Assembly: GCF_000143415.4 (NCBI RefSeq)
Contig: NW_003314326.1
Coordinates: 1-64,000, forward strand
DNA from: Selaginella moellendorffii
Taxonomy: Eukaryota > Plantae > Lycopodiophyta
DNA: 64,000 nt
Direction of reading: 5' to 3'
Position 1 is the first letter of the stretch; the number at the start of each line of letters is the position of its first letter. The notes under the pieces were generated by a model, which saw nothing but the letters and a program-made list of their open reading frames with translations, did not search any database and was not told where the DNA came from. The translations under genes were made by a program, and so were the position numbers. Shown here piece after piece: positions 11,730-26,323 of this stretch.

Positions 11730-14542
11730 TAATGAATCTCACCTTGAACCCAAGTTATAAATGCTCTTGCTGCATCTCTTGCATGGTCTGGCAAGGTGAT
11801 GGTGGCACTCTACTTCCGCATCCAACCATGCACAACATTATCCACTGATATGCTCATGCTGGGATCCCTTGGATTCAGCACCCATCTCTTTTCTAGGCAA
11901 TCCTTCATATATCCGGAACTTGGCTTGAACCACTCCACAGTTATATTGAAGGAGTTAGTTTCCGCGTCCTCCTCTGCATCAGTGATGCAGCGCCCCACCC
12001 ATATCATTTGTTTTTTATTACTGGGTCTGACAAGCACGACCATTCCTTTGCAGACCTGTACTGGATTGAATGCTGAATCCGGCTTCTTGTTCCTCGAATC
12101 CTCAACATCGTTATCTGTCACTGCATTTCCAGAGGACATTGTTCCGCTACTATCTGGTGCTCTGGGTTCTGGCCAAAAGGACTCTTCCAATTCTTCATAT
12201 ACAACCGGCCCATTTTGGATAGCAGATATAATCTTTTCCCAGTATTCGAGTAAAGGCTTGCACCTCTGAAAATAGGATTCTCCACCAAACACCAACCCCC
12301 TCTTCCAGAAGGCAATATGCTGTCTAATCCCGGCCACTATACTTTCCTGGTCTTTGAGTCCATTCGGGTGCATCGGCCGTGGGGAACCCTGAGGAATCAT
12401 AGGTTCCCCAGTTATGGGATCTCTCTTGAAGAGTTCAATGCCGTCCACTGGCAGCCACACTGTGTCCGATTCTCTCATCTTGTACCTCATCACTGGAGCA
12501 CCGTCATGCATGCTGAAATGAAACTGAAGAGGCTTGGAGTGGCCAATCAGCGTTTCGGATCCATCCCTGATATAGCCTCTTACAAACCCCTTAAAGTCTG
12601 GAACCTCTGTCACAAGTGCAGCTTCAACAGTGCCTTTGATGCAATTTTGGAATTCATTGTAGAGTTGAGGGAGGGTGAGGACATTGGATTGCCGGAGGGA
12701 CTCTGCCAGGTGACTGAACATGGCATCGACGTCTTCATGAGTGTGCCCAACCATGAGAAAGCCAAGTTTAACCGTTTCAAATATGCCTTTGGCAACAAGC
12801 ATCGCCAAGTACGCGAAGACGTACATGTTTTTGTTCTCACTGCCAGCATTGTCTGTTTGGAGCAGAAGATGGGGTGGAAGGCCACATCGGCCGCAAGAAC
12901 TTCCTTGAGATTCTGCTTCGTTTGGATGAGGCTGTGCATTCACCGGGCGACCAGCCTCGTCGGAATGGCATGAGGCCTCAAGTGATAACCCTACAATCTG
13001 ACGGCCAACATATTCACTGGGATGGCATAGGGCCCCACGCGATACTGCAAGCCTTTGCTCCTCCTCCAGCTAAACTCTGTATGGGGTTCGATCGACAAGG
13101 GCCTTATGCAAGGGTTGGCCGTTCAGCTCAGTCTGCACACTTTGCAGAGACCTTAAGTGTTTTGCTAGGGACGCAATCATCATGTTTGCACCCCCACCAC
13201 CCCATAGAGGTACAAAGAAGTTCCCATAGTTCTGGGCACCATGCCCATGAGCGATTATGCCAAACAGAGACACAGGCAGCTGCATGGATGAAGAGATTGC
13301 CTTGGGGGCAGGATTGAGTCGAGGTAAGCACGTCTTTTTCTGGTCCATTTTGTCGTGGATGATGCAGAGTTAAGAGTCAAGTCTCTCCATGGAGAGAATC
13401 CTGTTATGATAATATGCAGTCCTGCAGCTTCTCTGCTCGATGTTGTGGTCGAGCCGCCTTCTAACCAACGTCTCTCGCTCTTGAGCGATGCAAGAATTCT
13501 TCGACAAAGCCATTTTGATAGCAGTGCACTCGTCACACTTTGAAAAGCTGGAGTACTTTCCTATACTCACATCCTTGAACCTGTTGCTCCACAATCTACT
13601 AAATCTAGATTGGCTCAGCTTCCTGTAGCCATTACTCTGGAGTTCCCGATTCACATCTTCCAATATGGCCCCCTTGGTATACATGGAAGGGAGAACTCGT
13701 TGGGTGTCTCGAGTTCCATCTTCCAAGAGGCGGGTTTTATGTGGTTGCTGCTCGCTACATGTCTCGACAAACCTCTTGAAGATTACTTTTCCATATACAA
13801 CATGACCCTTAGTTTTGTGAGTACCGTCGTTCCCATGGACTGCCTGTTGAACCCTTTGTTCCTCGAACTCAGTTTTGATTCTGTAAAATGTGGTTCGAGG
13901 GACTCTATAAATGATTCTCCATGCCTTCATACAGACCAAACCCCTCTGGAAGACCATGCCCCCCACCTGATGTTCTGAAGCATCAACAGATGACCGTAAT
14001 GCCTCATACACAAAATTGCGAGCTGCCTTCCAGGACAATGTCTTGTATCTTGCTCTCTCCTCTTCAATAGCATCCCAATCAGCATGTTGACAGCACCTCC
14101 TCTTGCAACAAGCAACTGTCGAGACCATTCGAACCTCCATCGCCATTTTCTGCCTTTTCGGTTCGTTGCTCAGATCCCTTTGGCTGCGCTTTAGGAAGGT
14201 GTACTTTCTTTTCCCATGAAGAGATGTTCTGTCATCAGTTGTAGTGGTGTTTGATTGTGAATCCTTCACATTCTCAAACACTAAGTGCCTCAATTTCCAC
14301 CGCACAATGCTTCCAATAGTCAGACTGTTTTCTTCTGTGTCAACAACCTCTAAAATCGCAACTCCAATATCATCCCAGCCCAATTCTTGATTAGTAACTG
14401 CATCTCTTGGATCAACAATTGTGGCTAAGCCCTCAGCTACCACCTCCCCCTTGGGGTTGTTTAGAAACACCTTTGCCAGAATCTATGTAGCACGGTTTTT
14501 AAGATCCACGGAGGGAACATGCGTCGCACTTGCGGAGGCCAT
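11730..14542 (-). pseudogene. DDD transposase of copy A with nonsense mutations
   Basis: Fragments 13370..14470, 13070..13348 and 11810..12943 carry DKMDQ, LQTDNAGSENKN and GHTHEDVD. Likely start ATGGCCTCC at 14542 after a ...TTTCAG acceptor. Confidence 0.88.
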
Positions 14543-15836
14543 TCTGAAAGTGCAGAAAAGAAGTTAAGACCATACAAAAAATGATTGGAGAATGGCCTAA
14601 ATCATAACATACCAAACAACCTCAATAGCATGAGGCCACATGCCATTATTCAAACATGCTATTGACACCCACGTGAAATTTCGCATTCACAAAATTGGCA
14701 TGAGGCCTCATGCCATCTTGATATACACACAGCTGCAGGCAAGTAAAAACATACATGACAATACGCTAGCCATGAAATTGCAAGGGCCCAAGATGGTATG
14801 TGGCCTCATGCCATTTCTAAATGTGGTCCTAAGCCATTCCATAGTGAACATACCAGGAAGCACAAGTGCCGAATATCAAGAAGAAGCAGTAGCCACACAA
14901 AAGACAGTGCCGCTCGCAACACCGCAACTACTCGTAGCGCCGCTCGCAACACCACAACTGCTCGTAGCGCCGCTCGCACAAACTACCACTCACATAACAT
15001 GCCACTCGCAATGGCGCTCGCAATGCCGCAACCGCTCGTAGACGCATAAACCACAGCTCATAACGCCGCTTACACAAGCAACGCTCACTGCGCTCAGCGG
15101 AACCAAGAACACGGCACACAAAAATGATAGACCTAGGAATGAGTTCGAGAATTCAAAAATAACACACGCTTGAACGTCACATCAAATCCTCTGACAAACT
15201 AGATCTTATGATTCCTCTGACAAATTTCAAACTGAGTAGCTTCTAGACTTTGCTGTCGGAGGTTGAACTTTGTCACATCATGTCCTTGCCTCGATCCAGC
15301 TGTGCCATGTCAGTGATTCGAACTTTGCCATGCCATGTCAGCGATCCGCGCCAAGATTATTCGCCGTGTAAAGGAATAATTATGCTGTGTGTGTACGTCC
15401 ATTTATGGCAATATAAGGCCACACGCCATTCAAAGAATAATGCTAGTCGAGCATTTTTTGGTGCATTTTTGGGTTCAAAATTGCATGAGCCCACACGCTA
15501 TAAAGTTTACCTGTACCAAAAATAGAAACAGCTTTATTTACTTGGGAATTTAAGTGGTTGAGGCATTTTTAAACTTACAAGCACATGCCCTACTTACATT
15601 CCTTTGGTTGCTTAAAATTCAAAAATATTATAAACCTTTCTTTTTGCATTTTCAATGTTTTCAATTATGGTTTTTGATTTTCGCAGGACCAGCCTAGTAA
15701 TCTATTTGCATCCCGTCATGTTTATAGCTAGCTTTCGTTTGTCCCCTTCGCTAGCCTAAGATACATCTGCTCGGCATCTGCCTCTTACAACATTTGCCCA
15801 GAAAGGGCATCTTTCTTCACGCAGCATTTGCCACAT

Positions 15837-15863
15837 GTTTAGGGTTTAGGGTTTAGGGTTTAG
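15837..15863 (+). repeat. Interstitial (TTTAGGG)n telo-box run
   Basis: GTTTAGGGTTTAGGGTTTAGGGTTTAG. Confidence 0.9.
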
Positions 15864-17127
15864 CAATTCGGTAGCTTGATAAACATGCAAATACAGAACT
15901 TGATGCAAAATCCTTTGATATGTCACAATGCCCCTAGGACCATAAACACATTTCAATAGAGAGAGTCCTTTCATTTCATAACTCCTTACGTAGATCTTGG
16001 TGAAACCAGAGTTAGTGAAGTTGGTTTCTTGTGATCCCGCATCTGATTGTGATGTTCCTTTGCAGTGTCGATGGAAAAGTCAATGCACACCAAACTGTAG
16101 AATCTTGGAGCAAAATAACGGTCGGATCTATGGCAAATGCCACTGAAACATTGTAAGGCTCGTGTGGTCTCATGTGGTGTCCGATCGAGATGCTTCTTTG
16201 TAGGGTCATCAAGAAGAACATTGTATACCATTCTTTATTTAGCTGAACATCTGGCATTTTTGGAAATACAAGATGCTTTGGAATATCCAATCATGCATGG
16301 TATAAATATAGCGAGGGTATTAAATGATATCCCAATCATGATCTTTCTTTTGGATTTCGCGTGCATGCAGTCCGAGGAATGATGACGTTGCGGATTTCTT
16401 TTGGATTTCACGTGCATGCATGCGCGCGGCGATCCAGAAATTAATGGTGGCGCCCAAGTCCGAGGAATGATGACGTGGCGGGATTACCAACCGTCGTGAC
16501 ATTTCGCGCGTGTGAGGTTAGGTTTTGCATTGTACTCGCGCTCGCACACTCGCGCTCGCATCTCGCTCCCACTCGCGATCACGCTCACTTCTCTACAGGT
16601 TTCTCGTGTGCATCGGCGTCCACTCGCGCTTGCATCACACTCGCGCTCGCATCGCGCTCGTGTGCATCGGCGTCCACTTCAAGACACACCCAGTTTGTAA
16701 CTTCGCCGCCAACTCCGCCGCCCACTCCGCCACCCACACGCAGCCCACTTGGCGTCCCGGGAGATTTCAGCGCCACTCTCCAACTGTAAGTGGCAGAGTA
16801 GCCTTGCTGCTACGATCCGCTGCACACACAGTGCATATTTGCCAGCGAGTTTGGCCTCGATTGTCACGCCTCCATTCGGCTTTAAATGGTAAGTCTTTTA
16901 GGCCAAGTAGAAAATGGTATGAGGCCACATGCCATTCAGTAGCAACATTGGCATGCACCGATTGGGCTCTCGAGTACAGTCTGGTTACAGATGGCGTGTA
17001 GCCTCACGCCATCTTAGGATGCAGCCTCAAGACATCTGATGCAGTGGTGAATGGCGTGTGGCCTCACATTATTTCCAGCTGCTAGCTTTTCATCTGTCAG
17101 CTCTAATTGTTGTGCATTTCTGAACAG

Positions 17128-20100
17128 GCGAGGAATTGCGTTCTTCTTCCAGCCACTGTCAATGTGGATGCAGAGAAGGGGGAGGAGCTCACCAGTTGGA
17201 CTTTCGGGATGGAAGGCGAGGATCTGAGGCTGTACAACACAGATGGTGGGAGAAAAGAATGCATGGGGATCCTCACCCAAGTGACAGACACTCCATGCAG
17301 TTCCATGCAAGAATATGGACTGGCACTTGTGGTAGAGACAGCGTCCGCCTTCAAGATCCACCTTGCACATCCCAGCGGCTTCCCGGAGAGGGGCAGCGGC
17401 TATGAGGAATTCCTAGAGGGAGCTAGGGAGAGGTTGTCCAGGAGGCCCACAATTTCAAAGACATTGCCTCGGGTTTGAACACTACACCCACCAAAAAAAA
17501 GAGCCGCAAAGAGCAGAAAGAGCAAGAAGAGGCAGCAAAAATCGTCGCAGATAATAGTACTTGTTACTATTCCAACAAAGTATATACAATCGACGTGAGC
17601 CGTATTGACATCCAAAGCAAATACAACCACAGGCTAGTATCTGATGAGTGGGTGGAGAAACTGAAGCAGAAGATGCTGGCAAGTCCAGTAACACCCGACA
17701 TCGCAGACGTGATCCCCTACTACCGAACAATGAAGGGCGAGATGAGGTTTCCAGACTTGATCAATAGGAAGGTGTTGGACGATCAGAACATCCGGTTCTA
17801 TGCCGTCTCCGGGCAGCATTCTAGCTTGGCGATGAAAGAGATAGTTCTGGATATTATGGTGGGCGAGGAGGTGAAGAAAGTCTTCAAGACAAGAGTTGTC
17901 AGCCTGATAAAAGGCAACTCGCCCCTCCGATCTATCATATACATCTCCCACACGCAGAATGTCAAGCAAGAAACGTGTTACAAATCGGGTCTGCATGAGA
18001 CATTGGCACGAACACGGAAGCTCTGGGTTCAACTAAAGAAGCCATAAAAACCAGGACAAGGACGTGCACTAGCAACTAGCGTATGGCAGGTAAGCCTCGT
18101 TGCATGTGGCATAACATGTGGCCTCACACCATTTCCATTGCAGGAATTCTCGAGTCTTCTCTCGAAAACACTGGGGGTCAATGACACACTCAGCATCCAT
18201 AACATTCTACTCGCGACAAAAGTTGTTTTTGACAAATGGGTAGATGTGCTGAGGAGGTACCATAACGGGGAGTTGCTAAACTTAATGGGTGTGGAGGACG
18301 GCCGGAAGCCCAATGATTTGAAGCTCAACGCCTTGTGTTTCTCACGGTCTCTAGACGACGACGACCTTCTGACAGTGGCTAATGCTCTTCTACGTGGTGA
18401 GGTAGTCTTCAACAAGACCAAAATGACTCCCGGCCATATTGTGACATACGAGGACTTGTGCACGACTCTGAGAGCTCGTGCGCTATTGAAGGATTGGATC
18501 TTCAAGCAAGTGGCCGTGGAGAGGGTGAGCATCGACACCACGCAAGAGATGATGGAAGAGCTGGAGTTGTCAAATGAAGACATCGACGAGTACGTGAAGG
18601 GGGCCCCCAAGTTCATCGATCTGCTGCGGGATGCCACAAAAAGTAAAGCTGAGAAGTTGGATCAGTATCCAAATTTCATTAAGAGGGATGTCGACTGCCG
18701 GCTTTAGAAACAGCTCGACCCCGCAGCAGAGGCCTATCGAGAACCTTACCGGGTATACGTGAATTCGGATGAGGATCAAAGGTGGAGGAGCATCGTTTCC
18801 CGCGGAGATGAGCAGGTCAAGAACATCTTTTGTGTGATGGACTTCACAAACGAGATCACTCATGCAAACGAAGTTAGCTCCATCATTGACTTAATGGTGG
18901 GATTTGCGGAGGTGGAATCTTTAGTCCACTATATGATCTACGACTCCGAATCCTATCACAAGTTCTAGAAGGCCTTGAACGAGGTGAAGGCTCGGTTGAA
19001 AGGCAAGGAGATGCAGGAGATCCATGGGATAATGGCTAAGAAGAAGATACCGACGAATGTCCGCATCTTCACACTCGCCCTTGTTATTGGTCCTGCAGTA
19101 GAGTGTGACTGGAGTGACTTCCCAGCTTCGTTCGACAAGGCCGATCGAATTGATCTGAGGGAGGTCAATTTACCCGTGCCTGAGGAACTGAAGACGGCTA
19201 TGGAGCTTTCGAATCCAGAGAAAGCTCCAGGTGTAGCATGGGAAATGCTCAGCTGGGTCTTCAACGCAATAGCGGGTGGGTCACCTGCTTCCGACTCCAA
19301 GGGCAAATGCGTTGTCGAGTACAACTGCGGCGGACTATTCTTTCAAGCCGCACTACTCAAGGGTGTCCCGTGTGTTGCGGTGACAAACTCCATTGAAGAG
19401 GTGACTTCAATAGAGCATATAATTACAGTTGCCAAAGAAAAACAGTATCTTTTCTGTGAACTTGGTGAGTACGCACTTTAAGTTTAAATGTTATCTCACA
19501 AGCTCTGTATGCAGAAGCGTGGCCACCCCCAGATGCTGAAACGTCGTTAACAGCTACTGTTGAAGATACCCATGTTGGGCTGAGCTCACAACCTGCACAA
19601 GGTAAGGTCACGTGAGGCCTCATGTCATTTTGATTATAGATCGTTGTGAATATTCAGACACGAGGACTGAAAAGCGCACTGGTGGCGCGTCGAAGAAAGA
19701 CAAACAGACAAGCAATAGGAAAAAAGGAGGTACAAATTATATTTGCAATGGCGTGTGGTCTCATGCCATTCCTTGCAGGAGACACTTCTTCAAAGGCAAA
19801 ATAGGCAAGCACCAGCCAAGCTCAAACTGACAGTGGTCATAAAAAGCGAAAGCACGTTGGACAGTCGTCAGGATCAGAGGCGTTTGATTCGAAAAGGAAG
19901 AAGGGCAACGAAAAGATGATAGGTAATTCGTGGTTATGGCGTGTGTGCTCATGCCATTCATTGCAGATCAAGGGCTGAGTGAAAGCAGCCAGTCACCACC
20001 TCCTGACTCAGATTCCTATGGTGGACTCCCCTTCCCCAATCTCAATGGAGAGGTACAATGGATGAGGGATGCTTTTCAAGCCTATGGAAGAAATGCAAGA

Positions 20101-22092
20101 GGGGGATGAGGAGCCAGAGAAAGATAATGAGCAGGAAGAGCAGAAGGACGAAGAGGAGGACAAAGAAGAGGAGGACGAAGAAGAGGAGGACGAAGAGGAC
20201 TTGGATGGTCCTCACAATGGTGACGATCACAATAACGACAACGACGATGATGACGACGATGGCCAGCCTGAGGTGGCCAAAGAGCAGTGGAGGAAGGTCA
20301 TACAAGACAAACCATCAGGTAAATAATAGTACATCCATTCCTAACCTTTTACCATTTCTAACATTGTCCATGTAGGTTGCAAAGCAAATGGTAAGTAGAG
20401 ATTATTCAGTTGAATTAAGATACAAACTCTAGCCTTTAGTGTCGAGGAAGGATAGTGCCAAACAAGGGTCGAAACGTATGTCCAATCCTTCAGAATCAGC
20501 AGTGCGCCCAAGTGATATCGGTCCTAGTTCCTCAATAGCAGTTGATGGTAAATACAGTATAGTCGATTCAATGTGCTAATGAGTTTGTTTTTAGTAGCCA
20601 GTAGGGAGGATACCATCTCAATCGAAGGGAGATATTTGGACATGCATATGGATCCGCCAGTGGACTCTACTTGCCTGCAAGAGTCATCAAAGCTGGTGGA
20701 GGCTACTATCCATATCAATGCCAAGCAAGCTGACCACACTCCACTTGATGCTGCCCATACCACTGAGTCAATCTTGTCCACATATCCAACTGACGGTGAC
20801 CAGGCGCCATTGGACCCGCATGAGGCCGCCCCAGCCGCCGAGCCGGTCGTATCCTCATTTCCAACAGACTCAACGTGTGCCCAATCGTCTGACTACGCGC
20901 CGTTGGAACCTCTCTACACCACCCCTACTGCCTGTTCGGTCATGTCCACTTTGCCAACAGAGGCACCAGCTGAAATGGCGTGTGATCACACGCCATCGGA
21001 ACCACCCCATGCCACTGTTGAGCCAGTTGTACCAGAGTCTACAGCTGAAATGGCATGTGCCCACACGCCATCGGATGCGATTGACCCCACATTGCAGAGG
21101 ATAATATTTCCGCCCTTCACGTTTCCTCGACCAAAACCCTCTCAGCGACCATCGGGAGCACCATTCGCTAATATTGTAGATGGTAAAATTGACTTGTACC
21201 ATTTTTTATGCTGACGCATTTCATTTCAGAGTCACGGCGAAGGTACTGTATCGTTTTTGATCTGAACGGTGTCCTTTTCTCCCATGAGCGTGGCTCGTCC
21301 TTGAATGTCACTGCACCCTCCAAAGCCTGCGGTCGCAAGTTGGTCAAAAGAGACAGATTCACATTAATTACACAGGAGAAACTGCGGGATCTAATAATGA
21401 CCATGTGACACTTAAAACAGAGGGCCGGGTTCAATTTGCAATTGGGAGTTTGGACATCCATGATGCGCCACAATGCATTAACGTTGCTACAGATGATGCA
21501 CGATCAGACACGAGTAATATTACCATTTGACTTTCTCCTAATGCAGGAGGATTGCTTGACTATGGTCCATGTGAGGGGTAGCAAGCCCATCTTCGTCAAG
21601 CCAGAGGCTGTAGTGATGAACCGGACTGCTATGTCAAGTGAAATCCTCATCATCGATGACTCGCCGATTAAAACTGCAGCGAACACGCACACATATGCAG
21701 TGCACCCCATCTCTTGCAGTATGGAAACTAGGGAGAAGAAACCGTATGTTCTGGGGGACCTTGCAAAATGGCTTGGAGCGATGGTGCTAGAGAACCGGCC
21801 AGTCCAGGAGGTGGCTGCAGAAATCAACCAAATGGCAGATGGAACGGTATATCAGAAGCCATTTGATCGGACAGACACCAGTCATCATTTATGGCATGTA
21901 TATTGTCTAGCCAAGCACTATCCGCATCTCCATAATCTGCTCAACCGGATGGGTTCTTCGACCACTGAACATGAGCGTGGACGTATTAGAGAAGAGATGG
22001 CATTACTATTGGGTTTAAATCCTGATAGTGTGGAGAGTGATGAAATTCCAAGATTATTGTATAGGCGTTGGAGGCAAAAAATAACAGTCTGA
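17128..22092 (+). pseudogene. Copy-A ParB-like/MTase-like/FCP1-like gene, disrupted
   Basis: Homologous to 33956-39304, with stops near 18045, 18705, 18966 and 21406 and deletions near 17465 and 20080. Confidence 0.88.
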
Positions 22093-22534
22093 GATGGCAT
22101 GTATTTATTTAAAAATGTAACTTATTATGGCATGGGGTTCCATGCCATTGTATTAATATTAAAAGACAATTCTTTGAGAGGATTTGCATTATACTAGAAG
22201 TGTTACAGCATGTTATTGGAAGTCTACGAAGTTGTTTTATTAATAAGGGGAAAGTAAAGATTGAATGGGGACTTGGGCTCCACCTAGACTCGGAGCAATT
22301 GAGCCAATATTAAAAGGATGGAAAGAAATTGGACGACGATGACAAGGAGAAGAGAGAGGTGAAGCAGTGGCAGGGGGAGGAGAAGTGATTGAGTAAACAT
22401 TTCCTTGTTTAAAATAAAATGGCATGTGCCTCAATGCAGTTGAATTTTGTTATATTTATATACTATATAAAGGTTTGGAAATCTTATTTTACAAGTGGGA
22501 TAATGACAATTCCCGCTTTAATGAAATAGAGGTT

Positions 22535-22676
22535 AGGTTGTGAATGAGACTCCTCCAAGTGGTCGGAGGTGCAGTTAAGTGACTAAAGTAAAATGGAAAA
22601 ATTAGTCGCTTATAGTGATGAGCTGCCCACTGGGAAGTCCAAGACTAGACTGAACATGGACCAACAAGCGGGGTAG
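22535..22676 (+). repeat. Family-2 LTR fragments (targets of the DNA transposon and the chromovirus)
   Basis: 22535-22613 matches the family-2 LTR 3' end. 22614-22676 matches 7656-7717 and continues at 43627. Confidence 0.85.
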
Positions 22677-23883
22677 TGTAAGGAACCAACTCGCCGAGGT
22701 GTCGTAGGCTAAGGGAACCCCGAAAGCATGACCAAAATGACAAAGAGTTCATCGGATGGGACCAAGTCAAAGATCGAGTCCAAGACCGACTCTAGGACCG
22801 AGTTCAAGATAGAGTCCGGAATCGAGTCCAAGACCGACTCGGGGACCGAGTTCGAGTCCGAGTTCGAGACCGAGTTCGAGACGGAGTCCGAGATCCGAAA
22901 TCGGGTCCGAGACCGAGTCCGAAGTCGAGTCCGAGGTCGGGCCCGAGATCGGGTCCGAGATCGAGTCCGCGATCGAGTCCGAGACCGAATCCGAAGTCGG
23001 ATCCAAAATCGGATCCGAGATCGAGCCAGAGACTAAGTCCAAATACTAATACGGGTCAAGGGGTGAAAGCCCAAAGCGTGCGTCCCCCAGGGGGGGGGGG
23101 CTGCAGGGGGTTCCAAAAGTATAGTAGGGATAGTGAGGTCCAGGAACCAGTTTAGAAGGGACTCTCCAGTGGGGCTCCCAAACTGACTTGAGGTTGGGAC
23201 TGGGACTGAGGGGCCTTGGGTGGGAGTGAGCATGGACTTGGTTGGTGCCGGAGGGGCCATCCAAGGAAGTGCTCAAGAGCAGCTCTCACTCCCGAAAGGG
23301 AAACCGATTGCGGTGCTCCCGGCTCATGTGGAGTGGTGCCCCACTTGAGTACCATGCGGCTCATTGGTCCTCGCCCTTCCTAGGGGCTTGGGCCTTCCTT
23401 CGGGATGGAAGTGGGGGGCGAGAGGTACCCATGCCGGGCCGTTAGGCCACGGTGTTTCGCCCCGGCGTCCCGAAGCAAGTGTTGCACTCAAGACTTGGGA
23501 TTTAGAGGGTCCCATGATCAAGTCTTGTGGTACCAAGGGATGTTAGGAACCTGGAAGCTTGGTGTGCTTGGCTGCTTGTGCTTGCGGGGAGTGTAGCCGA
23601 ACCTTAAGTCCAGTCTAACCCGGGGAGGGGGATTGGGAGTGATTTGGGAATCCGTGGAAGGATGGCTAACGCTCCATTGCTCGTGCAGTGAGTAGTTGAA
23701 ACCAAGTAGGAGCTGGTACCATAGGCGATAACCTTGGCAAGGGAACTTAGCAAGAGCCAAGGCAGTGTTGGACGAATAGACGAGGTAAGCTGGCAAATTG
23801 GAAAGGAAAAATTTGTGGCTTACAATTTGGTATCGGAGCCTTTATCTCAGTTCTAGCGAAGGATAGAGGCGGATTGCTGGGAG

Positions 23884-26323
23884 ATGGCAAGGGCAGGGCG
23901 TAAGCGAACCCAGGCGGAGACGGAACCTCCGCCGGAGCTGGAGCCTCCGGTTGAACAAGAGGCTATGGATGAGGAATCCTTGCATGAGGAGGACTCCAGT
24001 GAGGAAACTTCCAAACAGGAGTCCGGTGGCGAGGTTCGGTCGTCCAAGGCTCGATTGGACGTGCTAGAAGGACAGTTGGCACAGACCAATGCCCTGCTGG
24101 AGACTCTCGTACGCAAGTTAAAGCGTGACGAGAAGCGGAAGAAAAAGCGAAAGACTGCGGATGCTGGCAGCGCAGAAGGTGCGGACCCTTCGGCAGGGAC
24201 TGAGGCAAAACCAGACAAGGTCGAACAGACCGAAGTGGAATCAGTCCCTCAGGCAGTTCCCAAGTACAAACCAAAGCCCCCACCGGTGTTCAAGGGAGTG
24301 AACGACTATAAGGTTGTGGAGGATTGGTTTTACGATATGGAGGACTACTTCCGAGCGTTGCGGTTACCGAGCTCGGAGAAGGTCCCATGTGCAAAACCAT
24401 ACTTGGCAGATAATGCCAAGTCTTGGTGGAGAACAACGGAGGCCAACGAAGGACCGGTGGCCACCTGGGACATGATGAAGGCGAGGATCCGCGCGACATA
24501 CGTTCCTCCAAATGCCACTCTGCATCTGAGAGATGAGTTGAGTAGGCTGAAGCAAACTGGAACCATCCAGGAATATGTAAATGGGTTCATGGCAAAGAGG
24601 ATACTTGTCACGGACATGGGGGATATGGATGCGTTCCATGCCTTTATATCAGGTTTGCAAACCTGGGCTCGCGGTGAGGTGATGCGCTGGAACCCGACCA
24701 ACTACAAGGAAGCGTTGGATGCGGCCATCAAGGTGCATTTCAACGATAACCTGCGAAAGGGGAACACGACGGGGTCGGGATCCACGTTTCACAAAGGGGC
24801 CAAACCGAGGGGAACATATAGCAAGGGGAAATTCAAGAAGAGTTTCTCTAAGAATGAGTCCTCGGGGTTCCGGAAAGGCAAATCCGGTGGCCAGCGAGCG
24901 AGTACGTGGGGAAGTCAAGCGAAAAGAGACAAACCCACGGATAAGAAGGTCAAGTCGTATAGCAGCGTGGGCAACAACGTATGCTACAACTGCGGCGAAG
25001 CGGGACACTTCTCAAGGGAATGTCCCTACCCGAAGAAGGCCAGAGCCAATATGGCCATCAAGTCGGGTGAAGTCCAAACTAAGGTATGTGATCCAGTCCC
25101 TAACTCAAACTTACTCATTACACGAGCAACTTTGGTAGAGAGTCGTTCGCGACATCTACTAGCCCTCCGAGGGAAGCTCGGAGGTAGCTTTGTTAAGATC
25201 CTTATTGACACGGGTGCTTCGGATAATTTTGTGGCTGCAGACATAGTCCGGCAAGCCGGACTAACGGTGCAGCGGCTAGGCGAACCAAGGACTATAGAGT
25301 TTGTTCAAGGTAGCCAAAGCACCGATGAGATACTTCGACAAGCGAGAGTCGAAGTGGGGACATGGAAAGTGGACATGGATTTCACCGTCTTGGACATGGC
25401 GGGATTTGACGTGATCTTCGGAATGGATTGGTTTAATCGGTTCGTGGTAACCCTGCATGGACAAGGTAGGAACCTTGTGGTATTGGCGAATGCCCAAGGA
25501 AGAAGATCTGGGGTGGAGGCCCAGGATCTAAAGGTAGGGCAAAGCAAGGCCAAAGAGTCATGCTTAAACCTGGTGTCCACGAGAGGACAACTCACTAAAG
25601 GAACTAAGGCAGCCTTTTTGTGCTTACTCTCGGTGAAGAGTGACAAAAAGACAAGAACGGAAGAAGTACCTTTAGTGATCCAGCAGGTGCTAGACCAATT
25701 CCAGGATACGATGCCGGAGGAGCTACCGGCGGGGTTGCCCCCCGCACGACCGATAGAACATAAGATTGAGCTGGTCGAGGGTGCTGAGGCGGTGGTTCGT
25801 CCACCCTATCGATTGAACGAAAAAGAACTCAAGGAGCTCAAGAGCCAACTAGAGGAGTTGGTGGACAAAGGGTATGTTAGGTTGAGCAAGTCGCCGTATG
25901 GGGCGCCGGTGCTATTTGTGAAAAAGAACGATGGATCTATGCGCATGTGCATAGACTACCGGTTGCTCAACAAGTATACCAAGAAGAACAAGTACCCTTT
26001 GCCAAGGATCGAGGACCTGTTCGATAGGTTGGGAAAGGCAAAATACTTCTCGAGGATTGACCTAAGGTCAGGATACTACCAGATCAGGGTAGCTGAGGAA
26101 GATGTCGAGAAGACAACCTGTCGAACGAGGTATGGGAGCTTTGAGTTTTTGGTGATGCCCTTTGGGCTGTGCAATGCGCCGGCAACGTTTTCGGCGTTGA
26201 TGAACCACATCTTTGTACCCTATCTGGATCGCTTCGTGGTCGTCTATATTGACGACATCCTGATCTATAGCGAGACGCTAGAGGAGCATGCCGAACACTT
26301 GGCGAAGGTGTTTGAGAAACTAA
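23884..26323 (+). CDS. gag-pol 5' part: Gag with zinc knuckle, aspartic protease, RT N-terminal part
   Basis: [14 protein letters not shown]; LIDTGAS; [26 protein letters not shown]. Broken by the insertion at 26324. Confidence 0.96.

Larger units (their letters stand above)
11071..22534. mobile_element. Sola-like DNA transposon copy A (left end missing, degenerate right TIR ~22511-22534)
   Basis: Colinear with ~27295-39735. Right TIR TCCCGCTTTAATGAAATAGAGGTT. Multiple stops and deletions. The right flank is a family-2 LTR. Confidence 0.9.

Noticed and set aside
15837-15863. True telomere or healed chromosome break (also 56154-56180)
   Set aside because: Only about four units, internal to an element or intron.
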